From positions 20,001-82,000 of the forward strand of contig NZ_JMCB01000001.1 in assembly GCF_000737315.1 (NCBI RefSeq): a stretch of 62,000 bases of DNA, read 5' to 3'. The position numbers were made by a program, and so were the translations under genes. Positions 55,668 through 62,000 of this stretch are shown here, in pieces (the first letter of the stretch is position 1; the number at the start of each line of letters is the position of its first letter). The stretch comes from Hyalangium minutum. Its GTDB lineage: Bacteria > Myxococcota > Myxococcia > Myxococcales > Myxococcaceae. Below the pieces are notes generated by a model that was given only the letters and a program-made list of their open reading frames with translations, searched no databases and had not been told where the DNA came from.

Positions 55668-58600
55668 GTGAACCGACGCTCCACTGCTGCCGCCCTGCTG
55701 CTGACGCTGTTGCCCGGCATGGCGCTCGCCCAGGTCTTCGTCTATCCCCGCCGCGCTGACCGGAGCCAGGTCACCACCTTCGACTTCGAGTGGCGGCACG
55801 TCGATATCCTCGTGGGTCCCGCCGCCAAGGGCGAGGCCGCACCGCCCGAGAAGGCCGACCCGCTGCCCCCGGGCGTTCCCGGAGGCGCGATCCCAGCGGC
55901 GCCCACGATGCCACCGGAGGTCAGCTCTTCCTCCCGCCCGATCGCCGAGCCGCCCCAGGAGACGGAGCAAGTCACCACCACTCCGCCCACGAGCAACGAG
56001 CCACTGGCCCTGGCGGGAGGCCTGGACGGTGGTGTCCCGATGGATGGCGGCGTGGCGTCGGTCGAGCCGACCCAGCCCGCGAACGCGGCGATGTGGGCCG
56101 GCGGCGGCGCGGACGGCGGCACCCCGGCGGACGGCGGCGTGAAGTACGCCAAGTCGCTGGGAGAGAGCACGGGCGGCGTGCGCTTCTACTTCTACGAGCG
56201 CGAGCGCCAGGTGGCCGAGCGCGCCGCGCCGCTCATCGAGGACTCGTACCGGTACCTGGTGGAGCAGTTCAAGTACGTGCCCACCGAGACGTTCCCCTAC
56301 ATCCTCTACAACAGCTACCAGGAGTTCCTGCAGACCAACGTCTTCGCCGTGTCGGAGGGCACGCTCGGCGTCACCAGCACCGAGGACCTGAAGCTCTCGC
56401 TGCCGTACCTGGGAGACCACCGGCTCTTCCACGAGATCAGCACCCACGAGCTGGCGCACCAGTTCACCATCCAGAAGGTGCGCACCATCGCCAACACGAA
56501 GAAGACCTTTGGCGATCCGCTCCAGAACATCCCGCTGTGGTTCATCGAAGGCCTGGCCGAGTTCTACGCGAAGAACGGCCTGGATCCCGAGGCGGAGATG
56601 CTGGTGCGGGACTTGATGGCGAACCCGGACGTGATGAAGGGCTATGCCTTCCTCGACTTCTTCTCGCCTGGGCCGTACGGGTACCTGTGGATCTACAAGG
56701 CGGGCCAGGCGCGCGTGACGTTCCTGGAGGAGGAGTACGGCAAGGGCTTCATCCAGCGGGTGCTGGACGAGTCACCCAAGCTCATCTCCGGCGGGAAGGA
56801 CTCGGGCTCGGTGAAGTTCGAGGAGCTGCTGCAGCGGCTCACGGGCGACGAGCCCAAGAAGATCTCCGCCCGCTTCGAGAACTGGATGAAGCGGCGCGCC
56901 TTCAAGGGCTACCTCAGCTCCGAGCAGGCGGCGCCCGCGTTCGAGGAGATGGAGGATCGCTCCGGCATCACCACCGCGATGAACAGCTCGCCGGACGGCA
57001 AGGTGATCCTGTACCGGACCATCATCCCGGACACGGGCGAGAGCCGGCTGTACCTGGTAGACCCGAAGGCGCCCTCCAGCGCCATCAAGGTGGCCAATGA
57101 CGGAGTGCCGGGCGCCGAGTCCCTCCATCCCATCTTCGGGCGCAACTTCGCGCTGACGAAGGACAAGTTCGTCTTCACCGCGGAGTCCAACGGGCGCGAC
57201 GTCATCTACGTGCAGAACTACTCGTACACCTCCGAGCAGAAGACGAACGACGAGCTGGTGCGCCGCGGCGCCATGCGCACGGGATTCCAGCGACAGACGA
57301 GCGTCTCAGTGGATCTGGATGCGGGCAACCGCGTGGCGTACCGCGTGGGCCAGCACGGGCTGCTCGGAATTCCCGCCGTGGCCTTCTCGCCGGACGGACA
57401 GTGGCTGGCGTTCATCGGCATCAACGACGCGGGCATCCGGGACGTGTACGTGCTCGCGCTGAAGGATGGTGAGGACGCCAAGCCCCGGAAGCTCACGGAT
57501 GACCTGTACGCCGAGCGGCAGATCACCTGGGGCCCGAGCGGCATCATCTACACCTCGGACGCGACGTCGCACCGCTTCTACAACCTGTTCCGCATCAAGC
57601 CGGACGCGCCGGGACAGCCCGAGCGCCTCACCAGCCAGGCACAGGATCAGGCGGATCCGGTGGCCCTGGATGACGGCCGCATCTTCTTCGTGGAGTGGCA
57701 CCACAGCAGCTCGGATCTGCACGAGCTGAAGACGGACGGCTCCATCGTGCGGCGCACGGATGTCACCACCGGCGTCTTCGAGCCGGGCCCAGGTCCCGAG
57801 GGTGGCCTGTGGATGCTGTTCCACCAGTCCGGTGAGCGTCGGCCGTCGCTGCTGCGCGCGTCGAAGATGCTGAGCCTGGCCACGGAGGCGGCACCTCCGG
57901 CCGAGCCGCCCACGCCGCTGGCCTTCATGCCGCTGACGGGGGCCGAGAACTACCGGCCCTTCGCCCGGCAGAACATCGAGGTGGGGCCCATCTTCGGCTT
58001 CGCTGGCGCAGGCAGTGGAGGCTTCTACGGCCAGGTGTTTGCCATGGCGAGCGACCGGATGAAGAACCACGCCATGCTGCTCAACATGGCCATCTACGGC
58101 TCGTTCAAGCTGACCGATGGCGTGCTGCTCTATGTGAACCAGGAGAAGCGCACGGTGTGGGGCGTGGGCCTCTTCCAGTCGCTGCGTTTCCGGTTGGATG
58201 AGAGCTTTGGATCGCTGGGCACCACGTTCTTCTCGGGCGAGCGGTACTACGGCGCCATCGGCAGCGTGCGCTACCCACTCAGCACCTTCCTCTACTTGCA
58301 AGGCGAGCTGACCGCGGGCGGCACCTCGTACTTCATCGACTCGTATACGGCCTTCCGCCTGGAGAACCCGACGTTCAATAACTCGGGCCAGAACCTGTAC
58401 CGGCCCTGGCTGGATGCCAACGACAAGTCGCGCTTCCAGACGGAGCTGACGGGACAGATTGGCTACAACACCATCCGCTACCACTATGCGACGGGACCGC
58501 TGTCCGGGAGCTCGGCGCTGTTGGAGGCGGCCGTGGGCGCACAGCCGTTCAACAGCGAGGCCTACAGCAACATCCGGTTGGATCTGGAGCGCTATTTCCC

Positions 58601-59129
58601 CATCTACGGGCGTAGCAACATCTTCATCCGCGCCGCGGGCGGAAGCACGTTCGGTGGCAAGTATGCGCGCTCGTACTTCCTGTCGAGCTTCGACACGCTG
58701 CGCGGCGTGAACTTCGGAGACGAGGAGTGGCTGCTGGGCCGCAACTTCGCCTACTCCACGCTGGAATTGCAGGTGCCGCTCAACGACATCATCCGGGTCG
58801 CCTTCTTGAGCGACTTGGAGGCCATCGCTGGCGTGGACGTCGGCGGCGTGGGCAACACGACACGGCGGCTGTGGGATCGGCGCACGCTGGACTTCGCGGT
58901 GGGCTTCAACCTCTCACTCGGGCCTCTGCTGATGCGCCTGCACTTCGCGCGGCCGGTGGACATCGGCGCGCCGGTTGGCAAGCCGGATGACGGATGGGTG
59001 ACGAACTTCTCGATCGGCATCGCTGGCCTCAACGGCTTCTTCGATCGGAAGGGAGAAGGCGACGTCCGGCCTTCACCCGGCCTCCCACCCGGAGCGGGCA
59101 TCGGCCGCATCGGCATGCCTATGCAGTAG
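55668..59129 (+). CDS. Omp85/BamA-family barrel fused to a zinc-metallopeptidase-like domain and PD40/TolB-like propeller
   Basis: HELAH + WFIEGLAE; AFSPDG/PD40 repeats; C-terminal LRGV..ELQVPL..G.D.G barrel pattern; probable GTG start. Confidence 0.8.
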   Translation: MNRRSTAAALLLTLLPGMALAQVFVYPRRADRSQVTTFDFEWRHVDILVGPAAKGEAAPPEKADPLPPGVPGGAIPAAPTMPPEVSSSSRPIAEPPQETEQVTTTPPTSNEPLALAGGLDGGVPMDGGVASVEPTQPANAAMWAGGGADGGTPADGGVKYAKSLGESTGGVRFYFYERERQVAERAAPLIEDSYRYLVEQFKYVPTETFPYILYNSYQEFLQTNVFAVSEGTLGVTSTEDLKLSLPYLGDHRLFHEISTHELAHQFTIQKVRTIANTKKTFGDPLQNIPLWFIEGLAEFYAKNGLDPEAEMLVRDLMANPDVMKGYAFLDFFSPGPYGYLWIYKAGQARVTFLEEEYGKGFIQRVLDESPKLISGGKDSGSVKFEELLQRLTGDEPKKISARFENWMKRRAFKGYLSSEQAAPAFEEMEDRSGITTAMNSSPDGKVILYRTIIPDTGESRLYLVDPKAPSSAIKVANDGVPGAESLHPIFGRNFALTKDKFVFTAESNGRDVIYVQNYSYTSEQKTNDELVRRGAMRTGFQRQTSVSVDLDAGNRVAYRVGQHGLLGIPAVAFSPDGQWLAFIGINDAGIRDVYVLALKDGEDAKPRKLTDDLYAERQITWGPSGIIYTSDATSHRFYNLFRIKPDAPGQPERLTSQAQDQADPVALDDGRIFFVEWHHSSSDLHELKTDGSIVRRTDVTTGVFEPGPGPEGGLWMLFHQSGERRPSLLRASKMLSLATEAAPPAEPPTPLAFMPLTGAENYRPFARQNIEVGPIFGFAGAGSGGFYGQVFAMASDRMKNHAMLLNMAIYGSFKLTDGVLLYVNQEKRTVWGVGLFQSLRFRLDESFGSLGTTFFSGERYYGAIGSVRYPLSTFLYLQGELTAGGTSYFIDSYTAFRLENPTFNNSGQNLYRPWLDANDKSRFQTELTGQIGYNTIRYHYATGPLSGSSALLEAAVGAQPFNSEAYSNIRLDLERYFPIYGRSNIFIRAAGGSTFGGKYARSYFLSSFDTLRGVNFGDEEWLLGRNFAYSTLELQVPLNDIIRVAFLSDLEAIAGVDVGGVGNTTRRLWDRRTLDFAVGFNLSLGPLLMRLHFARPVDIGAPVGKPDDGWVTNFSIGIAGLNGFFDRKGEGDVRPSPGLPPGAGIGRIGMPMQ

Positions 59130-59171
59130 CGGCGCGTGCGCTCCGTGGCGGTGGCGTCCTGAGCCCACCGC

Positions 59172-59645
59172 TCAGGACTGCGCGGCCACGAGCGCCGCGT
59201 TGGCCCGAGCCAGGGGCCCCCCATCGTTCCGGGGGATCCGCTCGAAGTCGCCGCGCAGTGCCTTGAGCGCGAACTTCTCCAAGTCGATCTCCCGGCGCGT
59301 GCGCACGCCACCCACGGCGCGCACCAACTCGGCCAGGGGCCCGAAGCCCACAAGCCCATGCTGGAGCATCAGCCCTGCGGCGATGCCTCCCAGGATGCGC
59401 CAGTGGCCGCCGTCCCGCCGGGCCAGCCACAGTCCCAGCACCGCGACCGCCGAGCCCGCCACCATCACCGCCCGGTGGATGTCCCACTCCCGCTCGAGCT
59501 TCTGGAGGTAGCGGGAGATCTCCGCCCGATCCTGCTGGGCCATGTGGCGTACGCAGCGCTCCACCCGCTCGTCGATGCGCTGGTTGACATCCTTGGGCGC
59601 GTGCGAGCGCACCGCGTCGGCCGCTGTCTGGTTCCAGGACTCCAT
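59172..59645 (-). CDS. Small membrane protein (YgaP/DUF2892-like)
   Basis: Two TM segments; L..EWDI.R; R..EID.EK.ALKALRGDF. Confidence 0.7.
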   Translation of the reverse strand: MESWNQTAADAVRSHAPKDVNQRIDERVERCVRHMAQQDRAEISRYLQKLEREWDIHRAVMVAGSAVAVLGLWLARRDGGHWRILGGIAAGLMLQHGLVGFGPLAELVRAVGGVRTRREIDLEKFALKALRGDFERIPRNDGGPLARANAALVAAQS

Positions 59646-59983
59646 GGAGTGCTCCCTCGCTGTCGCAGTCAGACCCTGCTTCCAAAGGTAGGGGTGGGAT
59701 CGGGCCGCTGCCGCTGCCGCTCCCCCTCGGGTTCTGACGTCCTCTCCGCCGAGGAGCGGCCGAGCGAGCCTCCGAACACTCCGTGCCAGGCGCTCAGGAA
59801 TGGCTGTCGCAGATAACTCTCTCAGCTTGAGACTTGAGAATGTCTGAGACACTTCATCCGAGCCCAGGCCATGTGCCTTCTGGCTTCTACCGTCTGACAG
59901 ATTAGACATGGATGGCCTGTTATTTCCGAGTTCGCACCTCATCTTGATTTTCGGCCCCCGCTGAAAACCCCAAGGAGGATGCC

Positions 59984-60745
59984 ATGCGGAAACTCCCCCT
60001 CGTCGCAGTGCTGCCGCTCACCCTGTCCCTCGAGGCCTGCGGCCCCGAAGCGCTAGAGGAGGAGCCGGTGGAAGAGTTCGGAGCGCTCCAGAGCGCCAAG
60101 CAGGAGTTGACCTTCGCGGCTCGGGGATCCTGGGTGGCCCCCAACCCCGCCACGCCTCTGGCCTCCACGTCCGACCGGGCCTGCTTCTTCACGCGCCTGG
60201 GCGGGGCCTTCGATACGGGCGGAGACTCGCTCCGCATCGCCGCACTGTGGGAGCGGTGGCATGTCGACGGAACGGGCTCGACGCGGGCCGCCGCCGCATG
60301 CGCCGGGATGCGCGACACCCATGAATACACCACAGGCTACGATTGGGCCGCGGGCCAGCAGCCGACGAACCTGGGCCCGGTGAATGGCCGGGTGTGCTTC
60401 CTGACGCGTGTGGGCGGGAGCTTCAACCACCCGACGGACTGGATCGGCGTGTACCAGAGTGGAGGCTCGTGGTTCCTGTCAGGAGCCTCGCAAGCTCGGA
60501 ATGGCTCCGCGCGTGCGCGGTGCCTCACGGTGGACTCCTACAGCGGCGAGTACTCGTGGAGCCAGGAGGCTCGCAACTCCACGTACATGGGGCTCGCGGG
60601 GAACAAGGTCTGCGCCCTCACATCCATGGCGGGACAGTTCGACAGCGACAACGAGTTCGTCGAGATCAGCAAGGCCGTGGGCAACTGGTACCTCAGCGGA
60701 GGCTCCTCGCGCTCGGGAGTCTCCGCCAAGGCCCGGTGCTTCTGA
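59984..60745 (+). CDS. Lipoprotein with three about 70-aa Cys/Trp repeats
   Basis: AAGGAGG RBS; lipobox LEAC; three W..C.(F/L)T...G.F..W...G..A.A.C units. Confidence 0.8.
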   Translation: MRKLPLVAVLPLTLSLEACGPEALEEEPVEEFGALQSAKQELTFAARGSWVAPNPATPLASTSDRACFFTRLGGAFDTGGDSLRIAALWERWHVDGTGSTRAAAACAGMRDTHEYTTGYDWAAGQQPTNLGPVNGRVCFLTRVGGSFNHPTDWIGVYQSGGSWFLSGASQARNGSARARCLTVDSYSGEYSWSQEARNSTYMGLAGNKVCALTSMAGQFDSDNEFVEISKAVGNWYLSGGSSRSGVSAKARCF

Positions 60746-60775
60746 GGCGCCGTCCTCACGCCCCTCTCCTGCAGC

Positions 60776-62000
60776 CTAGGGGAGCCTCTCGGACTGCGAG
60801 TGGCGAGACGACTCATCGCATTCATCCTCAGGCCGGAAGGGCAAGGCCCACAGCTCCCGGCCAGCGCTGTCTTCCGCGGTGAAGAAGACATCCCAGCCCG
60901 AGCGCACGAAGCCGCTCGGCGAGGACGAGGCAGGCCCCGGGTTCAACTCCTTCAGTCGCTCGGTGCCTGACGTCGTGCCATCGCTCACCCACAGTTCGCG
61001 GCCTCGCCCCCCTGTCTCCGCGCTGAAGAAGAGCGTGCCTTGAATGGCAGTGAGTCCCTCGGGTGAAGACGAGCCCGGCCCACGCTCCAGGTCCTTGAAG
61101 AGGCGCGTTCCCCCGGCAGTGCCGTCCGTCACCCACAGCTCGCGACCCTTGCCTCCGCCATTGTCCGCAGCGAAGAAGACGCGCCCGTTCAGCACCGCGA
61201 GCGCTTCGGGCGCGGAGCTCTCCGGGCCAGGACGGATGTCCTTGATCAGCCGCGTCCCCTTCACGGTGCCGTCGCTCGTCCACAGCTCCTCTCCCTCGGG
61301 CTCTCCACCGAAGTCCGTGCCGTTGAAGTTCCCGCCCGCGCTGAACACGAGCCGGTTTCCAAGCGCCACGAAGTCATGCGGGTACTCGCCATGGAAGAAG
61401 CGCAGCTCGCGCGTGCTGGCCGGCGTGCCGTCCGTCTTCCACAGGCTGGCCTCGCCCTCGTCGTTGTCCACGAGGAAGAAGATGCGCGACTTCACCGGCG
61501 TGAGATTGAAAATGAAGTTGTCCTCGAAGCGCTCTAGCACGGAGACAGCACCCGGCTTGCCCATGCTGCGGAACACGTGGACGCTCCTGGGCTGGCTGCC
61601 CACGAAGTAGAAGGCTTGCTGCGTCCGCGCGAAGCGGCGAGGGAAGGTGCTCTCGGGTCCCGGGTTGAGCTCCTCCACCATGCGCGTGCCGCCCGCCGTG
61701 CCATCACTGCGCCACAGCTCTCCTCCATGCACACCGTCGTTCGCGCCGAAGTAGAGCACCCCATCGAACTCTTGGAAGCGGCGCTCGTCCCGGAAAGGAG
61801 AGGGGTCGATGGCGCTGTCTCCCCCGGGGAGGATGTCCTTCACGAGATGGGTGCCCGCGGCGGTCCCGTCGCTCACCCACAGCTCTTGCCCATTCACGCC
61901 GTTATCGGCCGAGAAGAAGACCTGGTCCCCCACCTGCGTGAGATCCTGCAGGTTCGAGCCCTCCGCTCCGGGACGGATATCCTTCACCAGGAAGGTGCCC
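60776..62000 (-). CDS. ELWxxDGT-repeat beta-propeller protein (5' end outside the window)
   Basis: Repeated GxELWxSDGTxxGT..VKDI.PG units; frame open to the window edge. Confidence 0.92.
   Translation of the reverse strand, partial: GTFLVKDIRPGAEGSNLQDLTQVGDQVFFSADNGVNGQELWVSDGTAAGTHLVKDILPGGDSAIDPSPFRDERRFQEFDGVLYFGANDGVHGGELWRSDGTAGGTRMVEELNPGPESTFPRRFARTQQAFYFVGSQPRSVHVFRSMGKPGAVSVLERFEDNFIFNLTPVKSRIFFLVDNDEGEASLWKTDGTPASTRELRFFHGEYPHDFVALGNRLVFSAGGNFNGTDFGGEPEGEELWTSDGTVKGTRLIKDIRPGPESSAPEALAVLNGRVFFAADNGGGKGRELWVTDGTAGGTRLFKDLERGPGSSSPEGLTAIQGTLFFSAETGGRGRELWVSDGTTSGTERLKELNPGPASSSPSGFVRSGWDVFFTAEDSAGRELWALPFRPEDECDESSRHSQSERLP

Noticed and set aside
59773-59788. Sigma-54 promoter (TGGCACG on the minus strand)
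   Set aside because: The -12 element reads GTTC instead of TTGC, which is too weak to call.

Overview
GC-rich myxobacterial DNA; the MYXO-CTERM-like tail, ELWxxDGT repeats and lipoprotein families suggest Myxococcales. The centre of the window (about 10.2-40.0 kb) is a large non-flagellar type III secretion system (T3SS) cluster: sctV, sctU/T/S/R, fliO, sctQ/P/O/N/L, an SctK-position gene, sctJ, sctI, a FliA/WhiG (sigma-28) factor, three SycD-like chaperones and an FHA-only SctD-like gene. No secretin or classical translocator genes are recognisable. The most striking structure is six copies of a 75-76 aa needle-subunit (SctF)-like gene, five in a tandem array and one displaced. Each copy has its own sigma-28-type promoter (G(A/C)AAC-N15-CCGATAAT) and its own intrinsic terminator. 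The same promoter precedes a GDPH-autocleavage (DUF1521/MIIA) gene, a second longer SctF-like gene, and an orphan 929-aa protein 10 kb outside the cluster. A DOT1-like lysine methyltransferase gene sits between needle-gene copies. The flanks carry hflX, kelch/Ig/lectin surface proteins, a MacB/LolCDE-like ABC locus, an Omp85 fusion, and a tmRNA-3'-end-like att relic next to a nuclease-toxin remnant. All calls are from visual inspection of the sequence and ORF track; no database searches were run.
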